Source: Narcine bancroftii
Taxonomy: Eukaryota
Direction of reading: 5' to 3'
Assembly (NCBI RefSeq): GCF_036971445.1
Contig: NC_091473.1
Location: 191,580,001 to 191,644,000 of the forward strand
DNA: 64,000 nucleotides
Numbering within the stretch: the stretch's first letter is position 1; every line of letters starts with the position of its first letter. The position numbers were made by a program, and so were the translations under genes. The notes under the pieces are model-generated. The model ran no database searches. It worked only from the letters and a program-made list of their open reading frames with translations, and was not told where the DNA came from. Positions 1 to 12,911 of the stretch are shown one piece after another.

Positions 1-1084
1 GTGGCCCCCTCTCCCTCATCCTCCTGTTACCTCCTGTCTGTGGTGCTGTGCTCTTCCCCCCCACCCACCCCTCCATGCCTGTCCCACCAATATGTCCGTG
101 CACCTGCTCACAGCTTGATGAAGGGCTCAAGCCCGAAACGTCGGTTCTGTATTTTTATCTTTGCTCCATAAATTTCGCTGTTTGACCTGCTGAGTTTCTC
201 CAGCGTTGTGTTTTTACTTTGATCGCTGGGTTGGCAGACTTCTGTGTTGTACTCTTGCAATTATTATGTGCTCTGTATTGTGCATGTGTGTGCATGTGGA
301 ACCGTGGCCTGGAGAAATGCTACATCCTATAACAACCTTCAACAGGATGGGAATGTGAGGAGAATAAAATGGGACTTGCGTAACATTTAAGAGGAGGTTG
401 GATGAGTACATGGATGTGAGGGGGTTGGGAGGGTTGTGGGGATGCGAGTGGGTACATGGAACTCGTGAAGTTTCACGTAATTGGTGCGGACTAAAGGGGC
501 TGAGATGACCTAGTTCCGTACTGTATGGTTATATGAAAACAGGATGAGACCACCTGCCCAGCAGAACCCTCACCACTATTGAACAAGACCTCAGCCAACT
601 CTACTCTCCACAAAACAACCCCCACCTCCTCAGACCACTCCTGACTGTTCAGAGGATAAAAGTCAGAATGCCAGAGGGCTGAAGGGCTGATTTTGTTCTG
701 TGAGGGTTTTAATACCCCTTTGGTAACACAGGACAGCAAATGTTTTTCCCCCAAAAGGTTTGCTTCCTGAAAAGAAATTGGGGATTATGATCGTCCACTT
801 CAAGATGGGCATAAAGATTATTTCAGATTTGCCGTATCACGTAGGAAGTTGGAGAAACATTAAATTAACCTTTATTGAATTCAGCAGGTTTAATCACAAC
901 ACGACGCTGACATGTTGTGTCAGATCAACGGACCTAAAAATGATTTGTCACTTATTTTTGTTTGTACTCGGCATCTGATGCCTCTCATGTCAGTATCTGG
1001 CAATAGTCAGCCGGTGTTGATGAGGCTGTGACCACCACATCAACCAAGCTGCCTATTTTCATTTGTACTCAACATCTGCCTTTA

Positions 1085-1345
1085 AAGGGGGCAGCCCGGT
1101 TACCGCAGCCCGGTCATAACAACACTGTTATGGTGCCAGCGATCGGGTCAGAGGTTCAAATCTCGCGCTGTCAGTAAGGAGTTGGTACATTCTCCCCATG
1201 TCTGGGTGGGTCTTCCCCGGGGGCTCTGGTTTCCTCCCACCATTCCAAACATATGGGGCTTGTAGGTCAATTGGGTGTAGTCGGGCGGCACGGGCTCGTG
1301 GGTTGAAAGAGCCTGTTACCACGCTGTATGTCCAAATTTAAAAAT
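1085..1345 (+). mobile_element. tRNA-derived V-SINE/HE1-like SINE (other copies at about 11080-11300, 33885-34120, 43660-43870, 54240-54470, 59400-59570, 62080-62225)
   Basis: B-box-like GGTTCAAAT, then the V-SINE core ttctccccrtgtctg.gtggg...ggtttcctcccac. Confidence 0.8.
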
Positions 1346-1649
1346 CTTCATTGTCCAGTGTGATAGAACTGGTGGAAGGTCAGCGTGAAATTAGGGGCGT
1401 AGTCAGGTTCTAAGGCGAGCTCATGAGAAAGGTGCCAGGATGCCTACGCAATGATTAGTCAGTGGTTGAATGGGGAGGGGGGGGGGCGCACGGATTTTTT
1501 GGCGGAGTCGGACCGGAATCTGGGAGGGGGGCAGCAGAGGCGTTGGATTGGGGTGGTGTTGTCGGACCTAGGCAGGGTGGGGGGGAGGTGGCAGAGGTGT
1601 TCAGCAATCTCTGGAGTCTCACTTCATTGATACCTTTGGAAAATCCAAG

Positions 1650-2385
1650 TGCACGTCATCTGCCTGTACAAGATGAAGGAGGTGATTGTGGACTTCAGGA
1701 GGATCAGGAACGACCACTACACATTAACAGCTCAGAAGTGGGGAGACACCAAGCTCCTCGGAGTCCACTTAACCAGTGACCTATTGTGGACTCACAACAT
1801 CTCCCCACTTGTCAGCAAGCCACAATGGAGTCTGCACTTCCCGAGAAGACTGAGGCGGGCAAGGCTCCCGGCTACCGTCATGTTCACCTTTTGCAGGAGC
1901 TCCACGGAGAGCGTCCTGGCCGGCGGCATCACAGTGCGGTGCAGATACTGTGGAACAGTGGATCGTAAGAGAGGATGACTGGAGTCTCCCTCTACCCCCC
2001 CCCCCAGACATGATCTACAGAGATCTGAAGGGGGCGCGCAAAATCATCGCGGACCCCTTCCACCCCGCACACAACATCTTCCAGTTGCTCCCGTCAGGGG
2101 AAGAGATCCAGGAGGGTCAGAACCAGCACCAATAGGCTGAGGGACAGCTTCTACCCACGGGCAGCGAGAATGCTGAACGACCAAAGGAACTGCTCCCTCT
2201 CACCATCCAAGACTCCTCTCATTTTGAAACATTATTTATTTTTATATACGTACTGTATATTTGTCCTGCAAATGTGTATGTGTGTTATGTCTGGGTGTGT
2301 GTCTGCATGTTTTGTACCGAGGACCGGAGAACACTGTTTCGTTGGGTTGTACTTGTACAATCGGATGATAATAAACTTGAACATG
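1650..2385 (+). mobile_element. Rex1/L2-type LINE 3' fragment (others at about 55500-56070 minus, 59900-60800, 62870-63320)
   Basis: EVIVDFRR, LGVHL, ESVL, HPAHNIFQLLPSG motifs; aataaacttgaa tail. Confidence 0.8.
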
Positions 2386-2659
2386 AACTCTCTGAGTCAG
2401 AGGAAAGAGAGAGGGAGAGGGAGTCTGGGGGGAAGGGGAGAGGGAGTCAGAGGGAGAGGGACAGGGAGACTGGGGTGGGGGGGGGGAGAAGAGAGTCCGA
2501 TGAACAGGGAAACTGGGGGAGGGGGAGAGGGACATTAAGCAAGAGAGGAAGACGGGTGGGGGGGCAGGAGATGGGGGAAGGAGGGGCAGGGAGTCAGAGA
2601 GAGGAAGGGAGATCCAGATGCAGACACAAAGAGTCAGGGAGAGGGGGAGATATTTTGAA

Positions 2660-3510
2660 CATTGCAGATGGAAAAGTGGTCTCACCACAGCAACATACTT
2701 CAACCTCCTTAAATGCAGGCCATCAGGTCTTTCTTTCAACCCCATTCAACTTCCCAACACTCGATTATCGGTCTCCTCTACTTCAGAGAGACTGGACGTT
2801 GAGCCCCTCGGCTCTATCCTCCGCTATGGCAGGGATCTTCCATATCAATTCCCTGCCCTGTTCCCTTGCTGGTCAGACTGAGGCCTCCCCGCAAATGGGA
2901 GGAACAGCATCTCATCGTCCGCCTGGGCTCCCTCCAACAGGGTGGCAATAACCTCGATTTCCCACCCCCCCCATCTGCCAATCCATCTCCTTTCCTCTCG
3001 CCCTCCCTCCCCTTTCCCCTCTCCTTCCACAGAGCCAAAATCAATTCTCACCTCTTGTGGCAACACGACCACTAGCCGACTGCAGGGGGGGATCTCTGTA
3101 CCTGCAGAAGGACCACTGGGGAGGGGGGGGGGGGGCTGGCTCCACCTGTCCGGTTGTCAATTAGCCGATCCGAATATAAGCCTGAGCTGGGCCCTTTCTG
3201 AGCCAGTCACATGGGAGCCACTGATGCATGAACTGATGTGTACGGACTTTTAGCAGAATAAAGCCTGTAGTATAGTGTTTTGTGTCTGCTCGCTGCTACC
3301 TGTTATGCTATCCAATGAACACCTTTTGCCTGTTGGTCTGGACTCTTTCCCCCTCTCCTTCTCCCCCCCCTCTATTTCCCAAGCCTTTCATTCAGACATG
3401 TTTTTTGCCCTTGAGGAAGGGCTCAGGGCCTCCTATGGATTCTGCGAGACCTGCTGAGTTCCTCCAGCTTTTACTGTAATCACAGCGTCTACAGATGTTT
3501 ACGTTTCACT
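2660..3510 (+). mobile_element. Penelope-like element 3' fragment
   Basis: EEQHLIVRLGSLQQGGNNLDF (GIY-YIG C-terminus) followed by pseudo-LTR sequence with a hammerhead-like motif. Confidence 0.75.
3056..3299 (+). mobile_element. Related solo LTR inside a Penelope-like fragment
   Basis: TGTGG start; shares gccgactg..gtacctgcag and aataaagcctgt..gtgttttgtgt with the 4586 LTR. Confidence 0.6.
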
Positions 3511-3978
3511 AAATTACTGCCCATTTCCTTAAACTTTCTGCTTTCTCTCAATCGGAGCCGTTGCAGGATTATTTACAATGTTCAACTGATAAACACGTCT
3601 GAGTTTTAACATCAAAAGAAATTTTTAAAAAAGGAGCGAGCAATCCTCTTTGTGCAACACTCTTTTTTAAGTTTGACTTTCGAACGTTGCAAAACATGGA
3701 ATCTGTTTAGGAAGCCATCCGGGCCGGGGAGGTGGGGTTTAACTTTGTGGGAAGCACGAGCATCTTGTAGGCTGCAAATTTATTCAGTGCTGTGCTCAAT
3801 AACAAGGCAGTGAATTGGGCCTTTATTAGCTGAGACAATGCCTCTTGTCTCTCGACATTCAGGCCCCCAAGTCGGCTGAACAGAAGACACATGGGCAGCT
3901 GGGAAGGAAGTTTTTTCTCGCAAGTGATATCATGGAGCCAGGGGGAAGGGGAGAGGGAGAAGATTGGGGGGGGGGTCA

Positions 3979-4490
3979 GGGGGAGAGGGAGTCTGAGGAG
4001 CAGGGAGACTGGGGGAGGGGGAGAGGGAGTCTGAGGAGCAGGGAGTCTGCGGGGAGGGGGAGAGGGAGTCTGAGGGGAGGGGGAGAGGGAGGCTGCGGGG
4101 AGGGGGAGAGGGAGGCTGCGGGGAGGGGGAGAGGGAGGCTGCGGGGAGGGGGAGAGGGAGGCTGCGGGGAGGGGGAGAGGGAGGCTGCGGGGAGGGGGAG
4201 AGGGAGTCTGCGGGGAGGGGGAGAGGGAGTCTGCGGGGAGGGGGAGAGGGAGTCTGCGGGGAGGGGGAGAGGGAGAGGGAGTCTGCGGGGAGGGGGAGAG
4301 GGAGTCTGCGGGGAGGGGGAGAGGGAGTCTGCGGGGAGGGGGAGAGGGAGTCTGCGGGGAGGGGGAGAGGGAGTCTGCGGGGAGGGGGTGAGGGAGTCTG
4401 CGGGGAGGGGGAGAGGGAGTCTGCGGGAGGGGGAGAGGGAGTCTGCGGGAGAGGGTCAGGAAGACTGGGGGAGGGGGAGAGGGAGAGAGC
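3979..4490. repeat. 23-bp G-rich minisatellite (GGGGAGGGGGAGAGGGAG[T/G]CTGC)n
   Basis: About 20 tandem copies in two variant blocks. Confidence 0.95.
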
Positions 4491-4585
4491 AGAAGGGTGA
4501 TGGAGAGGGATTGAGGGGAGCAGGGAGAGCGAGAATGGAAAATAAAAATTCTGACTGCTCCCTTGGGAATAAACATTTTCTCGCA

Positions 4586-4881
4586 TGTGGCGATATATCA
4601 CCGGCCGACTGGAGTGGGCGACCCGTGTACCTGCAGGAAGAGCCCTGGAGGACAAGGCAATACCTGGCTGGCTGCCAATCAGCCAACCTGAATGGACCGA
4701 GCCCAACCCGGTTGGCTGCCAATCACCCTCTGGGATAGAAGCCACATCCAGCCCCTCGGGGTCAGTCTCAGAGCCAGCATGGCCACTCTCACGGCCAGCT
4801 CTGTGGAAGTTTGTGTGGAATAAAGCCTGTTAAATAGCCTTTGTGTTTTGTGTATGCTTTTCTGCTCCATGGCGCACCACA
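4586..4881 (+). mobile_element. Solo LTR (296 bp)
   Basis: TGTGG...CCACA termini, two CCAAT boxes, AATAAA, 5-bp flanks tcgca/tcgcg. Confidence 0.75.
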
Positions 4882-4937
4882 TCGCGTATTCATTAAATCC
4901 TCCCTCCCCTGAAAACCACCACCTAACCAGTCCAGCT

Positions 4938-5931
4938 CCCCACCTCAGTATCCCCACCTCAGTATCCCCACCTCAGTATCCCCACCTCAGTATCCCCACC
5001 TCAGTATCCCCACCTCAGTATCCCCACCTCAGTATCCCCACCTCAGTATCCCCACCTCAGTATCCCCACCTCAGTATCCCCACCTCAGTATCCCCACCTC
5101 AGTATCCCCACCTCAGTATCCCCACCTCAGTATCCCCACCTCAGTATCCCCACCTCAGTATCCCCACCTCAGTATCCCCACCTCAGTATCCCCACCTCAG
5201 TATCCCCACCTCAGTATCCCCACCTCAGTATCCCCACCTCAGTATCCCCACCTCAGTATCCCCACCTCAGTATCCCCACCTCAGTATCCCCACCTCAGTA
5301 TCCCCACCTCAGTATCCCCACCTCAGTATCCCCACCTCAGTATCCCCACCTCAGTATCCCCACCTCAGTATCCCCACCTCAGTATCCCCACCTCAGTATC
5401 CCCACCTCAGTATCCCCACCTCAGTATCCCCACCTCAGTATCCCCACCTCAGTATCCCCACCTCAGTATCCCCACCTCAGTATCCCCACCTCAGTATCCC
5501 CACCTCAGTATCCCCACCTCAGTATCCCCACCTCAGTATCCCCACCTCAGTATCCCCACCTCAGTATCCCCACCTCAGTATCCCCACCTCAGTATCCCCA
5601 CCTCAGTATCCCCACCTCAGTATCCCCACCTCAGTATCCCCACCTCAGTATCCCCACCTCAGTATCCCCACCTCAGTATCCCCACCTCAGTATCCCCACC
5701 TCAGTATCCCCACCTCAGTATCCCCACCTCAGTATCCCCACCTCAGTACCCCCACCTCAGTATCCCCACCTCAGTATCCCCACCTCAGTATCCCCACCTC
5801 AGTATCCCCACCTCAGTATCCCCACCTCAGTATCCCCACCTCAGTATCCCCACCTCAGTATCCCCACCTCAGTATCCCCACCTCAGTATCCCCACCTCAG
5901 TATCCCCACCTCAGTATCCCCACCTCAGTAT
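4938..5931. repeat. 14-bp minisatellite (CCCCACCTCAGTAT) x71
   Basis: 994 nt of tandem copies; the only substitution seen is T>C at 5749. Confidence 0.98.
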
Positions 5932-8404
5932 CCTCTCCCAAGGATGAATGACAATTAAGGGGCAATGAGGAGATTACAGAAGTGAGACTACCCCAGGGCA
6001 AGGATGTAAGGGGTCTTTTATTCCCCCCCACCTCACACACAGAATGGTTGATGTCTGGAACTTGTTGACAGAGCAGGTATGTTTTTCTTTTTACAAATTG
6101 TTTCTAATTCCCCAGGACGCCTGCTGTGTGGAACAAAAAGGTTGGAACGGGACTGCAGGTGCCATTCCCATTCCGACATTTTACCCCTCCTGCACCCCTG
6201 GGAAATTTCCCAGGGTCTAAAGTGGGCATTCCGCATGCAGTGGGCTAATAAATAGAAAGCATCGACGGCGCGCGCGGCCTGTCCCCACCTCTTTAATCAC
6301 TGCACGTCTAAACCCGCGCAAGGAAACGGAGATTTCGAGCTTTGGTCACTCGTGTGCAAGTGGCTAAGGCAGAGACCTCCAACATTCTTCCAGCTGGTGG
6401 AATCACCCAAATTCTGTCTAAATTCTGGAGGCAATCGCAGCCACATTTAGACAGAGTCTACAGATGCTGTGAACTTATTGCGATACCCAAAAGTGCAGGT
6501 GAAACTCAGAAGGTCACGCAGGTCTATAAGAAGCAACCATCGTTTCGGGCCTGAGGCTTTCGTTAAGGTTCTGTGACTGAGGAAGTGAGGTCTGGAATAT
6601 ATTCAAAGTCTTTGCTCTTCGTTCTTGAGGGAAGGGATGTTTACTGCACAGAAACAAGGCTCTTCGGCCCATCATGTCTGGTTCAACCCACCCCTTGCAC
6701 TAGTCCCTCCCCAAAGCCATTTTTCCCTCTGTTCCCATCTGCTCCCTGCAGTTCCTACCTCTCACCTTTCAGCGGCCAATTTATGTCCTGACCTGAATGC
6801 CTTTGGGGGTGGAGGATCCGGGGAGTGGAGGAACTCACGGGGAAAATGTGCAATCCCCACGTGGGCAGAAGCAGAGCTTGGGATTGAACTGTGCCTCTGG
6901 AGCAGTGAGGCAGTAACTCCACCAGCAGCGCTATCGCGGCTGCTCTCCCACAAGTGGAGGGGGGAGGGCTCTGCAGCGGAGGGAGCGGTGTGCACGGCGG
7001 GCTGCCGGCAGCTCGAGGTGAGGAACCCACGGAAGCTGCTGTCGGGAGACTAGCGCCGGGGCTGTGGACTGCTGGGAACTGGCTTGGACCGGCCGGAGGG
7101 TATCGGAACCAGGATGCAAGGAGGTGCTGAGGACGTGGAAGGGCTCCTGACCATGTCGGAGGTTTGGATCCGGAGCGTGGGTCGCCAGTGGTTTGGAGTG
7201 GACTCTTTGTGCAGCTGCGGAAGTGCTGGGGGCGATTCTGGGGGGGGGGGGCTCTCTTTTGCTTCTCTCTCTCTCTCTCTGATTGCAAGTCCGACTGTAA
7301 GAGGCACTGAGGCGATTCCTGCTGGTGGCAAATCTGTCTGCCTTGCAGCAGGCAAAACTAAATTTCATGTGATCCGACACTGTTTTGTGACAATAAATTG
7401 ATCCTTGAATCTTCACTCTGAAATAGCCCAATGAAATCCATTCAAAGCCAATGAAGATTTTGCTTCCTGAACACTGTTGAGTGTTTTGGGCTGTTGATCA
7501 TGAAAAATACCTTAAACTTTTAATACGTGATTGTGTGATTAAATACGCTAAATGCAATAAAGGTGGATATTTCTCTAACATACTACATGATACAACAAAT
7601 CTGAAATTATCATTGTGTTCAGCTTGAAGGTTTGCCTATCGTAAGCCCCAATTTGTTTTCAGGAAGCAAACCTTTTGAAAGAATTTGTTGTCCAGGGTAA
7701 ATCTGGACCCAATGACAATGAAGAATCGCCAAGATACGGAGAAAGGTTAGGACTTTATTCTCCGGAGTGGAGAAGAATGAGGGGAGATTTGATCGAGGTG
7801 CTTAAAATTATGAGGGGGACAGACAGATTAAATGTAGGTCAGCTTTTTTCCACTGAGGGTCGGTGAGATAGAAACCAGAGGGCGTAGGTAAAGAGTGAAA
7901 GGGGAAAAGTTTAGGGGGAAATCTCTTCACTCTGAGAGTGGTGGGAGCGTGGAACGAGTTGCTAGTTGAGGTGGCAAATGTGGGCTCAATTTTAACCTTA
8001 AAAGGAGAATTTGGATAGGTACATGGACTGGAGGGCTGGGTGCAGGTCAGTGGGACGAAGCAGAAAGATAGTTTGGCACAGACTAGAAGATTCAAAGGCC
8101 CCGTTTCCATGCTGTAATGTTCTACGGAACTGATCAAGGGCTCAGACCGAATCCTCAACTGGCTATTTCTACCCATGGATTCCAGTGGGTCTCTTTATCC
8201 ATGATATAGGACACTGTTTGACCTGCTGAGTTTCTCCAGCATTGTGCTTTTAATTCTTTGTGTTCAGCTTGACGTTGTCTATCATAATACTATTTCCAGG
8301 AAGCGAACCTTTTTTGGGGGGAAAAAGAAAATCGTTGACTAGTGTAATTGGCAGCAGGGCCCCGAGTTAGAGGGGAGGGGAGGAGGTGACTGGTGCAGAC
8401 ATAC

Positions 8405-8610
8405 CCAAGCTGTACAGGCTGAGCGCCCCATAGTCGAAGAAGTAGCAGATGTGGCGCGCGTGTGCAGACATGGTGCTGAAGGTGTGGGCACAGCTGGACG
8501 TGAAGGGGTACAGGCAACTGGAGAGCAGGTAAACAAAAAGCGGCCAGGCGTAGGGCTCGTTGGAGAAGTCCACGGAGAACCAGAGGACAAGCCACCGCCA
8601 TACAAAGTAC
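8405..8610 (-). CDS. PAQR6: PAQR6 coding exon 3: YFVWRWLVLWFSVDFSNEPYAWPLFVYLLSSCLYPFTSSCAHTFSTMSAHARHICYFFDYGALSLYSLG
   Basis: 206 nt, tctcacag acceptor and GTATGT donor, phase 2 to 1. Has the SxxAH and DY motifs; DYGALSLYSLG fits PAQR6 better than PAQR5. I found no further exon between 1 and 8404, so the gene presumably continues left of the window. Confidence 0.93.
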
Positions 8611-8873
8611 CTGTGAGAGACAAGGATTCAGAGGTCAGCACAAAGTTAGGGCGTCAGAGTTGCTGACACACAGGAATTTGAAGTTCTTGACCCTTTCCAC
8701 TGATGATAAGAGCAGAGAGGCCTTTTAATAAGGCACTGGTGAGACGTCACTCGGAGTATTGAGAGCAGTTTTGGACTCCTCGTTTAAGAAGGGACGCTTC
8801 AAAAGAGGTTATCCAGGATGATTCTGGGAACGAAAGGGTTGTCGTATGAGGAGTGTTTGATAGTTCTTGGCCT

Positions 8874-9696
8874 CATATGTCTAAAGATAAACTCCATCGT
8901 TTTTATTTTCATATCGATCCTATATGTGATAAATGTCAATTGGAAATAGCTTCCCTTACACATATGTTTTGGTCCTGTCCCTCTTTACAGAATTATTGGA
9001 AGGAAATTTTTTCCATTATATCTACCGTTTTGAATATTGATTTACAACCACATCCCATTACTGCAATTTTTGGATTACCTATGATAGATTTGACTTATTT
9101 ATCTCTTCCTGCGGATCGTATGATTGCTTTTCTTACACTAATGGCTAGAAGATCTATACTATTAAATTGGAAAGAGGTTAATCCTCCCATTGTTTTCCAA
9201 TGGTTTACCCAAACTATACTATGTTTAAATTTAGAGAAAATTAGAAACTCTGTCTATGAATCCCCTTCTAAGTTTGAGTTAACCTGGCGACCATTTATTC
9301 AATATTTTCATTTGTGGTGAGTTGATCTGGCTCTGTTTTCTTTTTATGATTATGTATGATAATTGGGCTGTTAGATGAGATTGGAGTGATCGGTGTGATT
9401 TAGCTATATCGGTAGGTATTTTTAAAAAAAAGTTTTTAATTCATATTTGTTTTTTCTTCCTTTTTGGGGTTTTTTTCTCTCTTTTTTTATATATATTTTT
9501 ATTAATTATATCTTTTTTTTAGAGATAGTTCATACTCTAAACTGATCTAAAATTTTTTTTATGATATTTTTATTCTGCAATATTATTGTTTAACATCTCT
9601 GTATTAATTTGTTATTTACTATGTATTTTTCATATCTCTTTGAACTGTATGTGTTTATAAATTATAATAATAATAATAAAAAGATTGGAAAAGAAA
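8874..9696 (+). mobile_element. 5'-truncated L1/Tx1-type LINE 3' end inserted in a CR1 fragment
   Basis: ORF 8853-9320 carries the CxxC..HMFWSC C-terminal motif. 15-bp TSD gatagttcttggcct at 8859-8873 and 9697-9711. Confidence 0.88.
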
Positions 9697-11965
9697 GATA
9701 GTTCTTGGCCTGTATTCATTGGAATTTAGAATGGGGGGGGATCTCATTGAAGAACTTTCAATGTTGAAAGAGTAGAGGTAGGAAGGTTGTTTCCCCACGG
9801 CATGCCAGTTGAGGACAGGAGGGCGCCACTTCAGAAGTGAAGGGCGTTTCGCGTCGAACAGAGGAATTTCTTCATCCAGGTGGTGGCGAATCGGTGGGAT
9901 TTGTTGCCACGGATGGTCGTGGAGACCGAGGTCCTTGATTTTTTTAGCCGGGGCATCAAAGGTCAGGGGGAGAAGGCCAGGCAGTGGGGCTGAGTGGGGA
10001 AAATGGTTAAGTGGCGGGGCAGACTCAATGGGCTAAGTGGCTAATGGACCTTTTGGAGCAGGCTTTCGATCACTTGTTCCAATAACTTCTATCCATCTGT
10101 GTCACATTTTGTCTGAAGCCTCAGGGAGTATTTTGGTAAATGCACAGTTTTTGACTCCACTGTTGGTCAGTGGGGGGGGGGGGGAGGGGTCGAAGTGAGT
10201 CTTCTGCAGCCTGGGTTCGGACCGTGCCCTTGGGAACAGTGCGGCCATTGCCGGGGGAGAGGGGGGAGGTCTGCTCTCCACCGGCGGCACTCATGGGCAA
10301 GAGGAGCAATCGAGGGGACAATAGGCACCATTCGGCCCTTCAATCCAGCACCCGCCATCCACCGTGATCCTAGCTGACCATCCACAATCAGTACCCCGTC
10401 CCTGCCTTCTCCCCATATCCCTTGACTCCGCCATCTTTAAGAGCTATTTCTGTCTTGAAAGCATCCGGGGTACTGGCCTCTACTGCTTTCCGAGGCAGAG
10501 CATTCCACAAATCCACCACTCTCTGGGCGGAGGTTTTTCCTCAACTCCGTTCATAATGGCCTGCCCATTATTCTTAAATTGTGGCCTCTGGACTCCCTCC
10601 AACATCAGGAACATGTTTCCTGCCTCTAGTGTGTCTAGTCCCTTAATAATCTTATAGGTTTCAATCAGATCCCCTCTCATCCCAGTGGAGACAAGCCCAG
10701 TCGCTCCAATCAGCGAGTGTGCTCAGGTGGGACGTTAAAACACGTAATGAGCACCGAGGCCGCCAGTCACTTCCTCGGTGGATGGAACAAAGTAATCAAA
10801 ATCAGAAAAACAAAATAAGCGGCAGCGTGGACATTTGTATAAACCACCTTCCGACAATAAATAAAAATAGGGCCTGAAAAGTCAAAATGAGGCTGTGTCC
10901 GTGGTCCATTCAGGAATCTGACGGCGGGTGAGGGTGGGGAAATGAAGCCATCCTTGTGCCACTGGGCACTCGCCTTCAGGCTCCTGCACCTCCTTCCCGG
11001 AGAGGGAAGAGGGGCATGGCCTGTGTGGTAGGGGGGTCCCTGAGGATGGAGGCTGCTTTCTATCCTCTTGCAGTGATAATGGGCAGTGTGGTTAGCCCAA
11101 CGCTGTTACAGTGCCAGCAATCAGGGTTCGAATCCCACGGTCTGTATGGAGTTTCTACGTTCTCTCCTGCAACCCCCCCCCACTACCTGTGTAGGTTTCC
11201 ACCCACCCTTCAAAAATGGATGGATGGGGGAGGAGGGTAATTGGTTCAGCGTGGGCTGGAAGGGCCTGTTACCATGCTGTATGTCTACATTTAAATTAAA
11301 TGATAGACCAGCTCTTGCTCTCTCTCTCTCTCCACACCCTGCTGAGTGATACCTGCTTTTATCTCTTGAATTGCAGAATTTGCTGATTTTTTTTGCCTTT
11401 CGATTCAACAGTCCCTTTGTCAAAGGCATCAGAAACCTTTCTCATGGCAGAAGACCTCATGAAACAGGATCGTAAGTAGGCTGATTGGTGTAAAGTTGTG
11501 ATAACATAGGCCGATACGGTGCAGAATGGGGGGATCTAGCCTCCGTCCTGTTCCAGTCTGTGACACCCACGGTTTGACCTCACGCAATCAGGCGCTTACA
11601 TAATGTGGTTGCTGAAGAGAAATGGATCAACCCACAGGACCATGAGAGCGGCAGAGAGGATCGCTGGAGTCTCCCTCCCCTTCATCGACACGATCTACCA
11701 GAGAGGGCACACAAAACCATCGAGGACCCCTTCCAGCTGCTCCCGTCGGGGAAGATACAGGGGTAGCAGAGCCAGTACCACCAAACTTCTTCCCACGGAC
11801 AGTGTACCTCATGCTAGGGAGTTGTTGGGCCGGGGGAACATTGAGATATTGATCCCAAAAGAACTACTCACACGAACCATCCGAGGCTCTCATTTTTCAC
11901 AAAACGATATTTATTTATTTAGTTGCATAGATGAATACTTGCCCGGCATATTGTATTTTTTAAAG

Positions 11966-12911
11966 CAGTGGTTCTCAACCTTTTTTTTCCAACTCATGCC
12001 CCACTTTAAATAATCCCCGTGGCATCAGTGCTCTGTGATCAGTAGGGGATTGCTTAAGATCGGATGTGGGTGGGAAGGGAAGGTTGAGAATCACTGTTCT
12101 AGACCCAATTGTTACTGAAATATTTTGCTTGAGAAAAATTGTCGTTGGCCCATTTCCTTTGGAGTTCTGCACATAACAAGTCAATGAGGGACGATTAAAA
12201 CCGTGGATTTCAAACTTTTACTTTCCACCTACATCCCACCTTAAGCAATCCCTTACTAATCACAGAGCACCGATGGTACAAGTACACAATCCTTTATCCA
12301 GACATCTAAAATCCGGAAAGCTCCAAAAACCGGCATTTTTTTCCTGGTGTTGGTACAGTGGAGGGAGAGAGAGACTAGGTTGGGTGCGGGGTTGGGGGGG
12401 GGGGTGGGGAAAGAGATGGCAGCGGCGACTTGGATGGGCGAGGGGGGGAGAGAGACAGCAGCGCGACTCAGGTGGGTGGGGGTGGGCGAGAGACGGCAGC
12501 ACGACTCGGGCAGGTGGGGGGGGGGAGGAGACGGCAACATGACTCAGGTGGGCAAAGGGGGGAGACAGATGGCAACGAGACTCAGGTGGGCGGGGAGGAG
12601 GAGAGAGACAGCAGCATGACTTGGGTGAGCAGGGGGGGAGAGAGATGGCAGTGTGACTTGGACAGGCAGGGGGGAGAGAGAGATGGCAACACGACTCAGG
12701 TGGACAAGGGAGAAAGAGACGCCACCGCGACTGGAAGGGGGTGGATATGGCAGCACAATTCGGGTGGGCTTAAACCTGGAGCAGCTGGCCTTTGTTCTGA
12801 AATCCGGAAAAATCCGAAATTTGGAACACACTGTCCCTCAAGGGTTCCGGATAAAGGATTGTGTACCTGCATAGGGTATGTGAGTGGAAGGAAAAAAATT
12901 GAGAACCACTG
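11966..12911. mobile_element. hAT (Charlie-type) MITE with a nested Tc1/pogo-type MITE at 12279-12869
   Basis: CAGTGGTTCTCAA TIRs, 8-bp flanks ttttaaag/gtttaaag. The inner element has CAxGTACACAATCCTTTATCC TIRs and a TA target. Confidence 0.85.

Noticed and set aside
3707-4745. Long Pro-rich and Gly/Glu-rich ORFs on both strands
   Set aside because: Products of the 23-bp G-rich repeat.
4938-5931. CRISPR-like or telomeric array
   Set aside because: No spacers, eukaryotic context, and the unit is not TTAGGG.
4848-5951. 367-aa ORF of repeated SIPTSVSPPQYPHL
   Set aside because: Translation of a stop-free 14-bp minisatellite; no splice or coding evidence.
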